Shown here in pieces: positions 10,501 to 25,200 of a stretch of DNA of 64,000 nucleotides. The notes below the pieces were generated by a model. The model worked only from the letters and a program-made list of their open reading frames with translations. It did not search any database and was not told the origin of the DNA. Both the position numbers and the translations under genes were made by a program. This DNA comes from Raillietiella orientalis (lineage: Eukaryota), in NCBI GenBank assembly GCA_036172245.1, contig JAYWIR010000090.1, positions 186,001 to 250,000 on the forward strand, read 5' to 3'. Position 1 is the stretch's first letter. Each line of letters starts with the position of its first letter.

Positions 10501-13500
10501 GATTAAAAAGAGTTCGAAACTTCATTAGGCCGTGGCACTTTGTACTCTGTGTTGTTTTCATGGTAACCAGTGTCGTACCTAGAAGAGGAATCTTTTTCTT
10601 CGCTCTGATTCATGATGTGATAGAAATTTGCAACCTTTCAGGCTTTGTAATCAACTCGAAATCAGGGCATTTAAACATTGCACTTTTGCGCTGCTTCACG
10701 TGACATCTATTTGCAGTGAGTGGCTAATTCCCGTCATGGAGAGCCTCAGCGCCTTCCAATTTCCTGATTTCAGAGAATGATTATGAAGATTTGGAAATTT
10801 AATTAGGCCGCGGCACTTTGTACTCTGTGTTGTTTTCACGGCAACCAGTGTCGTACCTAGAAGGGGAATCCTTTCCGTTGCTCTGATTCATTATGTGGTA
10901 GAAATTTCGAACTTTTCAAGTTTTGTAATCAATTCGAAATCAGGTGATTTAAGCATTGCACTTTTGCGCTTCTTCACGAAGCATCTATTTGCAGTAAGTG
11001 GCAAATTCCCGTCATGGAGAGGCTCAAGACCTTCCTATTTCTTGATTTCAGAGGATGATTAAGAAAGGTCCGAAATTCAATTACCTAGTGGCAGTTTGGA
11101 ATCTGTATTGCTTTCATGGTAACCAGTGTCGTGCCTAGAAGAGGAATGTTTTCCTTCGCTGTGATGCATGATGTGGTAGAAATTTGCAACCTTTCAGGCT
11201 TTGTAATCAATTGGAAATCAGGGGATTCTACCATTGCATTTGCGCCTCTTCACTAAACATCCACTTACAGTGAGTGCCAAATGGCCGTTATGGAAAGCCT
11301 CAATTCCTTCCAATTTCGTGATTTCAGAGGATGATCATGAACGGTTCGAAATTTCATTAGGGCGTGTCACTTTGGATTCTGTGTTGTTTTAATGGTAACC
11401 AGTGTCGTACCTAGAAGAGGAATCTTTTCCTTTGCTCTGATTCATTATGTGGTAGAAGTTTGGAACTTTTCAGGGTTTGAAACCAATTGGAAATGAGGTG
11501 ATTTTACTATTGCAGTTTTGCGCCTTGTCAGTAAGCATACATTTGCAGTGAGTGGCAAATTCCCGTCATGGAGTGGCTCACGGCTTTCCAATTTCCTGAT
11601 TTTGAGAGGATGACTAAGAAGGGTTCGAAATTAGGTTAGGGCGTGGCACTTTGGTCTCTGTGTTGTTTACGCGGCAACCAGTGTCGTACCTAGAAGACGA
11701 ATCTCTTCCTTCCATCTGATTCATGATGTGGTAGAAATTTGCAACCTTTCAAGCGTTGTAATCAATTGGAAATCAAAGGATTTTGCTATTGCACTTTTGC
11801 GCCTCTTCACTATACATCCATTTCCAGTGAGTGGCAAATGCACCTCATGGAAAGCCTCAATACCTTCCAATTTCCTGATTTCAGAAAATGATTAAGAAAG
11901 GTCCGAAATTTAATTACGCAGTGGCAGTTTGGAATCTGTATTGCTTTCATGGTAACCAGTGTCGTGCCTAGAAGAGGAATGTTTTCCTTCGCTGTGATTC
12001 ATGATGTGGTAGAAATTTGCAACCATTCAGGCTTTGTAATCAATTGGAAATCAAAGGATTTTGCTATTGCACTTTTGCGCCTCTTCACTAGACATCTATT
12101 TCCAGTGAGTGGCAAATGCCCCTCATGGAAAGCCTCAATTCCTTCCAATTTCCTGATTTCAGAAAATGATGAAGAAAGGTCCGAAATTTAATTACGGAGT
12201 GGCAGTTTGGAATCTGTATTGTTTTCATGGTAACCAGTGTCGTGCCTAGAAAAGGAATGTTTTTCTTCGCTGTGATTCATGATGTGGTAGAAACTTGCAT
12301 ACTTTCAGGCTTTGTAATCAATTGGAAATCAGGGGATTTCACCATTCCAGGTTTGCTCCTCTTCACGAAGCATCTATTTGCAGTAAGTGGCAAATTCCCG
12401 TCATGGAGAGGCTCAAGACCTTCGTATGTCTTGATTTCAGAGGATGATAAAGAAGAGTTCGAAATTTCATTAGACCGTGGGACTTTGTACTCTGTTTTGT
12501 TTTCATGGTAACCATTGTCGTACCTAGGAGAGGAAACCTTTTCTTCGCTCTGATTCATGATGTGGTAGAAATTTGCAGCCTTTCAGGCTTTGTAATCAAT
12601 TCGAAATCAGGTGATGTCACTATTGAAGTTTTACGCCTCTTTACGAAGCATCTATTTGAAGTGAGTGGCAAATTCCCTTCATGCAGTGCCTCAACGCCTT
12701 CCAATTTGCTGATTTCAGAGAATGATTATGAAGAGTTGGAAATTTCATTAGGCCGTGGCACTTTGTACTCTCTGTTGTTCGCCCGGCATCCAGTGTCGTA
12801 TCTAGAAGACGAATCTTTTCCTTCCATCTGATTCATGTTGTCGTAGAAATTTGGAACCTTTCAAGCTTTGTAATCAATTCGAAATCAGGAGATTTAAGGA
12901 TTGCACTTTTGCGTTTCTTCACGAAGCATCTATTTGCAGTGATTGGCAAATTCCCGTCATGGAGAGGCTGAAGACCTTCCTATTTCTTGATGTCAGAGGA
13001 TGATTAAGAAGTGTTCGAAACTTCATTAGGCCGTGGCACTTTGTACTCTGTGTGGTTTTCATGGTAACCAGTGTCGTACCTAGAAGAGGAATCTTTTCTT
13101 CCGCTCTTATTCATGATGTGGTAGAAATTTGCAACTTTTCAGGCTTTCTAATCAATTCGAAATCAGAAGATTTCACCATTCCAGGTTTGCTGCTCTTCAC
13201 CAAGCATCTGTTTGCAGTGAATGGCAAATTCGCGTCATGGAGTGGCTCGAGGCCTTCCAATTTCCTGATTTCAGAGGATGATTACGAAAAGTCCGAAATT
13301 TAATTAGGGCGTGTCAGTTTGGATTCTGTGTTGTTTTCATGGTAAACAGTGTGGTACCTAGAAGAGGAATCTTTTCTTCCGCTCTTATTCATGATGTGGT
13401 AGAAATTTGCAACTTTTCAGGTTTTCTAATCAATTCGAAATCAGAAGATTTCACCATTCCAGGTTTGCTCCTCTTCACGAAGCATCTGTTTGCAGTGAGT

Positions 13501-16500
13501 GGCAAATTCGCGTCATGGAGAGGCTCAAGGCCTTCCAATTTCCTGATTTCAGGGGATGATTACGAAAAGTCCGAAATTTCATTAGGCCGTGGCACTTTGT
13601 ACTCTGTGTTGTTTTCATGGTAACCAGTGTCGTGCCTAGAAGAGGAATCTTTTTGTTCGCTCTTATTCATGATGTGGTAGAAATTTGCAACTTTTCAAGT
13701 TTTGTAATCAATTCGAAATCAGGAGATTTAAGCATTGCACTTTTGCGCTTCTTCACGAAGCATCTATTTGCAGTAAGTGGCAAATTCTCGTCATGGAGAG
13801 GCTCAAGACCTTGTATTTCTTGAGTTCAGAGGATGATAAAGAAGAGTTCGAAATTTCATTAGACCGTGGGACTTTGTACACTGTTTTGTTTTCATGGTAA
13901 CCAGTGTCGTACCTAGGAGAGGAAACCTTTTCTTCGCTCTGATTCATGATGTGGTAGAAATTTGCAGCCTTTCAGGCTTTGTAATCAATTCGAAATCAGG
14001 AGATGTCACTTTTGAAGTTTTATGCCTCTTCACGAAGCATCTATTTGAAGTGAGTGGCAAATTCCCGTCATGCAGTGCTTCAACGCCTTCCAATTTGCTG
14101 ATTTCAGAGAATGATTATGAAGAGTTGGAAATTTCATTAGGCCGTGGCACTTTGTACTCTCTGTTGTTCGCCCGGCATCCAGAGTCGTTTCTAGAAGACG
14201 AATCTTTTCCTTCCATCTGATTCATGTTGTCGTAGAAATTTGGAACCTTTCAAGCTTTGTAATCAATTCGAAATCAGGAGATTTAAGGATTGCACTTTTG
14301 CGTTTCTTCACAAAGCATCTATTTGCAGTGATTGGCAAATTCCCGTCATAAAGAGGCTGAAGACCTTCCTCTTTCTTGATTTCAGAGGATGATTAAGAAG
14401 AGTTCGAAATTTCATTAGGCCGTGTCACTTTGGATTCTGTTTTGTTTTCATGGTAAACAGTGTCGTATTTAGAAGAGGAACCTTTCCATCGCTCTGATTC
14501 ATTATGTCGTAGAAATTTGCAACTTTTCAAGTTTTGTAATCAATTCGAAATCAGGTGATTTCACCATTGCAGTTTTGCGCCTGTTCACGAAGCATTTATT
14601 TGCAGTAAGTGGCAAATTCCCGTCATGGAGAGGCTAAAGACCTTCCTATTTTTTGATTTCAGATAATGATTAAAAAGAGTTCGAAACTTCATTAGGCCGT
14701 GGCACTTTGTACTCTGTGTTGTTTTCATGGTAACCAGTGTCGTACCTAGAAGAGGAATCTTTTTCTTCGCTCTGATTCATGATGTGATAGAAATTTGCAA
14801 CCTTTCAGGCTTTGTAATCAACTCGAAATCAGGGCATTTAAACATTGCACTTTTGCGCTGCTTCACGTGACATCTATTAGCAGTGAGTGGCAAATTCCCG
14901 TCATGGAGAGCCTCAGCGCCTTCCAATTTCCTGATTTCAGAGAATGATTATGAAGATTTGGAAATTTAATTAGGCCGCGGCACTTTGTACTCTGTGGTCT
15001 TTTCGCGGCAACCAGTGTCGTACCTAGAAGGGGAATCCTTTCCGTTGCTCTGATTCATTATGTGGTAGAAATTTGCAACTTTTCAAGTTTTGTAATCAAT
15101 TCGAAATCAGGTGATTTAAGCATTGCACTTTTGCGCTTCTTCACGAAGCATCTATTTGCAGTAAGTGGCAAATTCCCGTCATGGATAGGCTCAAGACCTT
15201 CCTATTTCTTGATTTCAGAGGATGATTAAGAAAGGTCCGAAATTCAATTACCGAGTGGCAGTTTGGAATCTGTATTGCTTTCATGGTAACCAGTGTCGTG
15301 CCTAGAAGAGGAATGTTTTCCTTCGCTGTGATGCATGATGTGGTAGAAATTTGCAACCTTTCAGGCTTTGTAATCAATTGGAAATCAGGGGATTCTACCA
15401 TTGCACTTTTGCGCCTCTTCACTAAACATCCACTTACAGTGAGTGCCAAATGGCCGTTATGGAAAGTCTCAATGCCTTCCAATTTCCTGATTTCAGAGGA
15501 TGATCATGAACGGTTCGAAATTTCATTAGGGCGTGTCACTTTGGATTCTGTGTTGTTTTAATGGTAACCAGTGTCGTACCTAGAAGAGGAATCTTTTCCT
15601 TTGCTCTGATTCATTATGTGGTAGAAGTTTGGAACTTTTCAGGGTTTGAAACCAATTGGAAATGAGGTGATTTTACTATTGCAGTTTTGCGCCTTGTCAG
15701 TAAGCATACATTTGCAGTGAGTGGCAAATTCCCGTCATGGAGTGGCTCACGGCCTTCTAATTTCCTGATTCTGAGAGGATGACTAAGAAGGGTTCGAAAT
15801 TAGGTTAGGGCGTGGCACTTTGGTCTCTGTGTTGTTTTCGCGGCAACCAGTGTCGTACCTAGAAGACGAATCTTTTCCTTGCATCTGATTCATGATGTGG
15901 TAGAAATTTGCAACCTTTCAAGCTTTGTAATCAATTGGAAATCAAAGGATTTTGCTATTGCACTTTTGCGCCTCTTCACTATACATCCATTTCCAGTGAG
16001 TTGCAAATGCACCTCATGGAAAGCCTCAATACCTTCCAATTTCCTGATTTCAGAAAATGATTAAGAAAGGTCCGAAATTTAATTACGCAGTGGCAGTTTG
16101 GAATCTGTATTGCTTTCATGGTAACCAGTGTCGTGCCTAGAAGAGGAATGTTTTCCTTCGCTGTGATTCATGATGTGGTAGAAATTTGCAACCATTCAGG
16201 CTTTGTAATCAATTGGAAATCAAAGGATTTTGCTATTGCACTTTTGCGCCTCTTCACTAGACATCTATTTCCAGTGAGTGGCAAATGCCCCTCATGGAAA
16301 GCCTCAATTCCTTCCAATTTCCTGATTTCAGAAAATGATAAAGAAAGGTCCGAAATTTAATTACGGAGTGGCAGTTTGGAATCTGTATTGTTTTCATGGT
16401 AACCAGTGTCGTGCCTAGAAGAGGAATGTTTTCCTTCTCTGTGATTCATGATGTGGTAGAAATTTGCAACCTTTCAGTCTTTGTAATCAATTGGAAATCA

Positions 16501-16673
16501 GGGGATTCTACTATTGCACCTTTGCGCCTCTTTACTAAACATCCACTAACAGTGAGTGGCAAATGGCTGTTATGGAAAGCCTTAATGCCTTCCAATTTCC
16601 TGATTTCAGAGGATGATCATGAAGAGTTCGAAATTTCATTAGGGCGTGTCACTTTGGATTCTGTGTTGTTTTC
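6948..16673 (+). repeat. 10-mer / 15-mer higher-order repeat block (core C-I-J-K-L-H-M-G-G-x, with or without C-I-A-A-B)
   Basis: Variant C occurs at 6948, 9727, 12505 and 13894 (spacings 2779, 2778, 1389). The same ordered variants follow 6948, 9727 and 13894. Confidence 0.88.
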
Positions 16674-19600
16674 ATGGTAAACAGTGTCGTACCTAGAAGA
16701 GGAATCTTTTCTTCCGCTCTTATTCATGATGTGGTAGAAATTTGCAACTTTTCAGGTTTTCTAATCAATTCGAAATCAGAAGATTTCACCATTCCAGGTT
16801 TGCTCCTCTTCACGAAGCATCTGTTTGCAGTGAGTGGCAAATTCGCGTCATGGAGAGGCTCGAGGCCTTCCAATTTCCTGATTTCAGAGGATGATTACGA
16901 AAAGTCCGAAATTTCATTAGGCCGTGGCACTTTGTACTCTGTGTGGTTTTCATGGTAACCAGTGTCGTACCTAGAAGAGGAATATTTTCTTCCGCTCTTA
17001 TTCATGATGTGGTAGAAATTTGCAACTTTTCAGGTTTTCTAATCAATTCGAAATCAGAAGATTTCACCATTCCAGGTTTTCTCCTCTTCACGAAGCATCT
17101 GTTTGCAGTGAGTGGCAAATTCGCGTCATGGAGAGGCTCGAGGCCTTCCAATTTCCTGATTTTAGAGGATGATTACGAAAAGTCCGAAATTTCATTAGGG
17201 CGTGTCAGTTTGGATTCTGTGTTGTTTTCATGGTAAACAGTGTCGTACCTAGAAGAGGAATCTTTTCTTCCGCTCTTATTCATGATGTGGTAGAAATTTG
17301 CAACTTTTCAGGTTTTCTAATCAATTCGAAATCACAAGATTTCACCATTCCAGGTTTGCTCCTCTTCACGAAGCATCTGTTTGCAGTGAGTGGCAAATTC
17401 GCGTCATGGAGAGGCTCGAGGCCTTCCAATTTCCTGATTTCAGAGGATGATTACGAAAATTCCGAAATTTCATTAGGGCGTGTCACTTTGGATTCTGTGT
17501 TGTTTTCATGGTAAACAGTGTCGTACCTAGAAGAGGAATCTTTTCTTCCGCTCTTATTCATGATGTGGTAGAAATTTGCAACTTTTCAGGTTTTCTAATC
17601 AATTCGAAATCAGAAGATTTCACCATTCCAGGTTTGCTCCTCTTCACGAAGCATCTGTTTGCAGTGAGTGGCAAATTCGCGTCATGGAGAGGCTCGAGGC
17701 CTTCCAATTTCCTGATTTCAGAGGATGATTACGAAAAGTCCGAAATTTCATTAGGCCGTGGCACTTTGTACTCTGTGTTGTTTTCATGGTAACCAGTGTC
17801 GTGCCTAGAAGAGGAATCTTTTTGTTCGCTCTGATTCATGATGTGGTAGAAATTTGCAACTTTTCAAGTTTTGTAATCAATTCGAAATCAGGAGATTTAA
17901 GCATTGCACTTTTGCGCTTCTTCACGAAGCATCTATTTGAAGTAAGTGGCAAATTCCCGTCATGGAGAGGCTCAAGACCTTCGTATTTCTTGATTTCAGA
18001 GGATGATAAAGAAGAGTTCGAAATTTCATTAGACCGTGGGACTTTGTACTCTGTTTTGTTTTCATGGTAACCAGTGTCGTACCTAGGAGAGGAAACCTTT
18101 TCTTCGCTCTGATTCATGATGTGGTAGAAATTTGCAGCCTTTCAGGCTTTGTAATCAATTCGAAATCAGGAGATTTAACCATTGCAATTTTGCGCTTCTT
18201 CACGAAGCATCCATTTGCAGTGAGTGGCAAATGCCATTCATGTAAATCCTCTAGGCCTTCCAATTTCCTGATTTCAGAGGATGATTATGAAGATTTCGGA
18301 ATTTCATTAGGGCGTGGTACTTTGGATTCTGTGTTGTTTTCATGGTAACCAGTGTCGTGCCTAGAAGAGGAATCTTTTTGTTCGCTCTGATTCATGATGT
18401 GGTAGAAATTTGCAACTTTTCAAGTTTTGTAATCAATTCGAAATCAGGAGATTTAAGCATTGTACTTTTGCGCTTCTTCACGAAGCATCTATCTGCAGTA
18501 AGTGGCAAATTCCCGTCATGGAGTGGCTCAAGGCCTTCCAATTTTCTGATTTCAGAGGATGATTACGAAGAGTCGGAAATTTCATTAGGCCCTGGTACTT
18601 TGTACTCTGTGTTGTTTTCATGCTAACCAGTGTCGTACCTAGAAGAGGAATCTTTTTGTTCGCTCTGATTCATGATGTGGTAGAAACTTGCAGCCTTTCA
18701 GGCTTTGTAGTCAATTCGAAATCAGGATATTTAACCATTGCAATTTTGCGCTTCTTCACGAAGCATCCATTTGCAGTGAGTGGCAAATGCCAGTCATGCA
18801 AATCCTCTAGGCCTTCCAATTTCCTGATTTCAGAGGATGATTATGAAGATTTCGGAATTTCATTAGGGCGTGGTACTTTGGATTCTGTGCTTTTCATGGT
18901 AACCAGTGTCGTACCTAGAGCAGGAATCTTGCCCTTCCCTCTGATTCATTATGTGGTAGAAATTTGCAACTTTTCAATTTTTCTAATCAACTCGAAATGA
19001 GTGGATTTAACCATTGCACTTTTGCGCTTCTTCACGAAGCAACTATCTGCAGTAAGTGGCAAATTCCCGTCACGGAGTGGCTCAAGACCTTCCAATTTCC
19101 TGATTTCAGAGGATGATTACGAAGAGTCCGAAATTTCATTAGGCCGTGGCACTTTGTACTCTGTGTTGTTTTTATGGTAACCAGTGTCGTACCTAGAAGA
19201 GGAATCTTGTTGTTCGCTCTGATGCATGATGTGGTAGAAATTTGCAGCCTTTCAGGCTTTGTATTCAATTCGAAATCAGGAGATTTAACCATTGCAATTT
19301 TGCGCTTCTTCACGAAGCATCCATTTGCAGTTAGTGGCAAATGCCAGATATGGAAATCCTCAAGGCCTTCCAATTTCCTGATTTCAGAGGATGATTATGA
19401 AGAGTTCGAAATTTCATTAGGGCGTGGCACTTTGGATTCTGTGTTGTTTTCATGGTAACCAGTGTCGTACCTAGAAGAGGAATCTTGTCCTTCCCTCTGA
19501 TTCATTATGTGGTAGAAAGTTTCAACTTTTCAAGTTTTCTAAACAATTCGAAATCAGGGGATTTAAGCATTGCACTTTTACGCTTCTTCACGAAGCATCT

Positions 19601-21674
19601 ATTTGCAGTAATTGGCAAATTCCCGTCATGGAAGGACTCAAGAGCTTCCTATTTTTGATTTCAGAGGATGATTAATTAGAGTTCGAAATTTTAATAGGCC
19701 GTGGCAGTTTGGAATCTGTATTGCTTTCATGGTAACCAGTGTCGTGCCTAGAAGAGGAATGTTTTCCTTCGCTGTGATGCATGATGTGGTAGAAATTTGC
19801 AGCCTTTCAGGCTTTGTAATCAATTGGAAATCAAAGGATTTTGCTATTGCACTTTTGCGCCTCTTCACTAAACATCCATTTCCAGTGAGTGGCAAATGCC
19901 CCACATGGATAGCCTCAATTCCTTCCAATTTCCTGGTTTCATAAAATGATGAAGAAAGGTCCGAAATTTAATTACGCAGTGGCAGTTTGGAATCTGTATT
20001 GCTTTCATGGTAACCAGTGTCGTGCCTAGAAGAGGAATGTTTTCCTTCTCTGTGATTAATGATGTGGTAGAAATTTGCAACCTTTCAGTCTTTGTAATCA
20101 ATTGGAAATCAGGGGATTCTACTATTGCACTTTTGCGCCTCTTTACTAAACATCCACTTACAGTGAGTGGCAAATGGCCGTTATGGAAAGCCTCAATGCC
20201 TTCCAATTTCCTGATTTCAGAGGATGATCATGAAGAGTTCGAAATTTCATTAGGGCGTGTCACTTTGGATTCTGTGTTGTTTTCATGGTAAACAGTGTCG
20301 TACCTAGAAGAGGAATCTTTTCTTCCGCTCTTATTCATGATGTGGTAGAAATTTGCAACTTTTCAGGTTTTCTAATCAATTCGAAATCAGAAGATTTCAC
20401 CATTCCAGGTTTGCTCCTCTTCACGAAGCATCTGTTTGCAGTGAGTGGCAAATTCGCGTCATGGAGAGGCTCGAGGCCTTCCAATTTCCTGATTTCAGAG
20501 GACGATTACGAAAAGTCCGAAATTTCATTAGGACGTGGCACTTTGTAATCTGTGTGGTTTTCATGGTAACCAGTGTCGTACCTAGAAGAGGAATCTTTTC
20601 TTCCCCTCTTATTCATGATGTGGTAGAAATTTGCAACTTTTCAGGTTTTCTAATCAATTCGAAATCAGAAGATTTCACCATTCCAGGTTTGCTCCTCTTC
20701 ACGAAGCATCTGTTTGCAGTGAGTGGCAAATTCGCGTCATGGAGAGGCTCGAGGCCTTCCAATTTCCTGATTTCAGAGGACGATTACGAAAAGTCCGAAA
20801 TTTCATTAGGCCGTGGCACTTTGTACTCTGTGTTGTTTTCATGGTAACCAGTGTCGTACCTAGAAGAGGAATCTTCTTGTTCGCTCTGTTTCATGATGTG
20901 GTAGAAATTTGCAGCCTTTCAGGCTTTGTAATCAATTCGAAATCAGGGGATTTAAGCATTGCAATTTTGCGCTTCTTCACGAAGCATCTATTTGCAGTAA
21001 GTGGCAAATTCCCGTCATGGAGAGACTCAAGACCTTCGTATTTCTTGATTTCAGAGGATGATAAAGAAGAGTTCGAAATTTCATTAGACCGTGGGACTTT
21101 GTACTCTGTTTTGTTTTCATGGTAACCAGTGTCGTACCTAGGAGAGGAAACCTTTTCTTCGCTCTGATTCATGATGTGGTAGAAATTTGTAGCCTTTCAG
21201 GCTTTCTAATCAATTCGAAATCAGGTGATGTCACTATTGAAGTTTTACGCCTCTTCACGAAGCATCTATTTGAAGTGAGTGGCAAATTCCCGTCATGCAG
21301 TGCCTCAACGCCTTGCAATTTGCTGATTTCAGAGAATGATTATGAAGAGTTGGAAATTTCATTCGGCCGTGGCACTTTGTACTCTCTGTTGTTCGCCCGG
21401 CATCCAGAGTCGTTTCTAGAAGACGAATCTTTTCCTTCCATCTGATTCATGTCGTCGTAGAAATTTGGAACCTTTCAAGCTTTGTAATCAATTCGAAATC
21501 AGGAGATTTAAGGATTGCACTTTTGCGTTTGTTCACAAAGCATCTATTTGCAGTGATTGGCAAATTCCCGTCATAAAGAGGCTGAAGACCTTCCTCTTTC
21601 TTGATTTCAGAGGATGATTAAGAAGAGTTCGAAATTTCATTAGGCCGTGTCACTTTGGATTCTGTTTTGTTTTC
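16674..21674 (+). repeat. Second copy of the block at 3-5281 (long-range duplication)
   Basis: Monomer order is the same, and private variants are shared (tcacaagat, tgccattcatgt, catgctaacc, the 2 bp deletion ctgtgcttttcatgg). The offset is 16671 up to ~2320 and 16393 thereafter. Confidence 0.92.
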
Positions 21675-22227
21675 ATGGTAAACAGTGTCGTATTTAGAAG
21701 AGTTACCTTTCCATCGCTCTGATTCATTATGTGGTAGAAATTTCCAACTTTTCAAGTTTTGTAATCAATTCGAAATCAGGTGATTTAAGCATTGCACTTT
21801 TGCGCTTCTTCACGAAGCATCTATTTGCAGTAAGTGGCAAATTCCCGTCTTGGAGAGGCTCAAAACCTTCCTATTTCTTGATTTCAGAGGATGATTAAGA
21901 AAGGTCCGAAATTCAATTACCGAGAGGCAGTTTGGAATCTGTATTGCTTTCATGGTAACCAGTGTCGTGCCTAGAAGAGGAATGTTTTCCTTCGCTGTGA
22001 TGCATGATGTGGTAGAAATTTGCAACCTTTCAGGCTTTGTAATCAATTGGAAATCAGGGGATTCTACCATTGCATTTGCGCCTCTTCACTAAACATCCAC
22101 TTACAGTGAGTGCCAAATGGCCGTTATGGAAAGCCTCAATGCCTTCCAATTTCCTGATTTCAGAGGATGATCATGAACGGTTCGAAATTTCATTAGGGCG
22201 TGTCACTTTGGATTCTGTGTTGTTTTA

Positions 22228-25200
22228 ATGGTAACCAGTGTCGTACCTAGAAGAGGAATCTTTTCCTTTGCTCTGATTCATTATGTGGTAGAAGTTTGGA
22301 ACTTTTCAGGGTTTGAAACCAATTGGAAATGAGGTGATTTTACTATTGCACTTTTGCGCCTTGTCAGTAAGCATACATTTGCAGTGAGTGGCAAATTCCC
22401 GTCATGGAGTGGCTCACGGCTTTCCAATTTCCTGATTTTGAGAGGATGACTAAGAAGGGTTCGAAATTAGGTTAGGGCGTGGCACTTTGGTCTCTGTGTT
22501 GTTTTCGCGGCAACCAGTGTCGTACCTAGAAGACGAATCTTTTCCTTCCATCTGATTCATGATGTGGTAGAAATTTGCAACCTTTCAAGCGTTGTAATCA
22601 ATTGGAAATCAAAGGAATTTGCTATTGCACTTTTGCGCCTCTTCACTATACATCTATTTCCAGTGAGTGGCAAATGCCCCTCATGGAAAGCCTCAATTCC
22701 TTCCAATTTCCTGATTTCAGAAAATGATGAAGAAAGGTCCGAAATTTAATTACGGAGTGGCAGTTTGGAATCTGTATTGTTTTCATGGTAACCAGTGTCG
22801 TGCCTAGAAAAGGAATGTTTTTCTTCGCTGTGATTCATGATGTGGTAGAAATTTGCAACCATTCAGGCTTTGTAATCAATTGGAAATCAAAGGATTTTGC
22901 TATTGCACTTTTGCGCCTCTTCACTAGACATCTATTTCCAGTGAGTGGCAAATGCCCCTCATGGAAAGCCTCAATTCCTTCCAATTTCCTGATTTCAGAA
23001 AATGATGAAGAAAGGTCCGAAATTTAATTACGGAGTGGCAGTTTGGAATCTGTATTGTTTTCATGGTAACCAGTGTCGTGCCTAGAAAAGGAATGTTTTT
23101 CTTCGCTGTGATTCATGATGTGGTAGAAATTTGCAAACTTTCAGGCTTTGTAATCAATTGGAAATCAGGGGATTCTAGTATTGCACTTTTGCGCCTCTTC
23201 ACTAAACATCCACTTAGAGTGAGTGGGAAATGGCCGTTATTGAAAGCCTCAATGCATTCCAATTTCCTGTATTCAGAGGATGATCATGAAGAGTTCGAAA
23301 TTTCATTAGGGCGTGTCACTTTGGATTCTGTGTTGTTTTAATGGTAACCAGTGTCGTACCAAGAAGAGGAATCTTTTCCTCCGCTCCGATTCATGATGTG
23401 GTAGAAATTTGCAACTTTTCAGGTTTTGTAATCAATTCGAAATCAGGGGATTTCACCATTCCAGGTTTGCGCCTCTTCACGAAGCATCTATTTGCAGTCA
23501 GTAGAAAATTCCCGTAATGGAGAGGCTCAAGGCCCTCCAATTTCCAGATTTCAGAGGATGATCATGAAAAGTTCGAAATATCATTAGGAAGTGGCACTTT
23601 GGATTCCGTGTTGTTTTCATGGTAAACAGTGTCGTACCTAGAAGACGAACCTTTCCATCGCTCTGATTCATTATGTCGTAGAAATTTGCAACTTTTCAAG
23701 TTGTGTAATCAATTCGAAATCAGGTGATTTCACCATTGCCGTTTTGCGCCTGTTCACGAAGCATCTATTTGTAGTTATTGGCAAATTCCCGTCATGGAAA
23801 GGCTCAAGACCTTCCTATTTCTTGATTTCAGAGGATGCTTAGGAAGAGTTCGAAATTTCATTAGGCCGTGGCACTTTGTACTCTGTGTTGCTTTCATGGT
23901 AACCAGTGTCGTACCTAGAGGAGGAATCTTGCCCTTCCCTCTGATTCATTATGTGGTAGAAATTTGCAACTTTTCAATTTTTCTAATCAACTCGAAATGA
24001 GTGGATTTAACCATTGCACTTTTGCGCTTCTTCACGAAGCAACTATCTGCAGTAAGTGGCAAATTCCCGTCATGGAGTTGCTGAAGACCTTCCAATTTCC
24101 TGATTTCAGAGGATGATTACGAAGAGTCCGAAATTTCATTAGGCCGTGGCACTTTGGACTCTGTGTTGTTTTCATGGTAACCAGTGTCGTACCTAGAAGA
24201 GGAATCTTTTTGTTCGCTCTGTTTCATGATGTGGTAGAAATTTGCAGCCTTGCAGGCTTTGTAATCAATTCGAAATCAGGAGATTTTACCATTGCAATTT
24301 TGCGCTTCTTCACGAAGCATCCATTTGCAGTGAGTGGCAAATGCCAGTCATGCAAATCCTCTAGGCCTTCCAATTTCCTGATTTCAGAGGATGATTATGA
24401 AGATTTCGGAATTTCATTAGGGCGTGGTACTTTGGATTCTGTGTTGTTTTCATGGTAACCAGTGTCGTACCTAGAGGAGGAATCTTTCCCTTCCCTCTGA
24501 TGCATTATGTGGTAGAAATTTGCAACTTTTCAATTTTTCTAATCAACTCGAAATGAGTGGATTTAACCATTGCACTTTTGCGCTTCTTCACGAAGCAACT
24601 ATCTGCAGTAAGTGGCAAATTCCCGTCATGGAGTTGCTGAAGACCTTCCAATTTCCTGATTTCAGAGGATGATTACGAAGAGTCCGAAATTTCATTAGGC
24701 CGTGGCACTTTGGACTCTGTGTTGTTTTCATGGTAACCAGTGTCGTACCTAGAAGAGGAATCTTTTCCTTTGCTCTGATTCATTATGTGGTAGAAGTTTG
24801 GAACTTTTCAGGGTTTGAAACCAATTGGAAATGAGGTGATTTTACTATTGCACTTTTGCGCCTTGTCAGTAAGCATACATTTGCAGTGAGTGGCAAATTC
24901 CCGTCATGGAGTGGCTCACGGCTTTCCAATTTCCTGATTTTGAGAGGATGACTAAGAAGGGTTCGAAATTAGGTTAGGGCGTGGCACTTTGGTCTCTGTG
25001 TTGTTTTCGCGGCAACCAGTGTCGTACCTAGAAGACGAATCTTTTCCTTCCATCTGATTCATGATGTGGTAGAAATTTGCAACCTTTCAAGCGTTGTAAT
25101 CAATTGGAAATCAAAGGATTTTGCTATTGCACTTTTGCGCCTCTTCACTATACATCTATTTCCAGTGAGTGGCAAATGCCCCTCATGGAAAGCCTCAATT

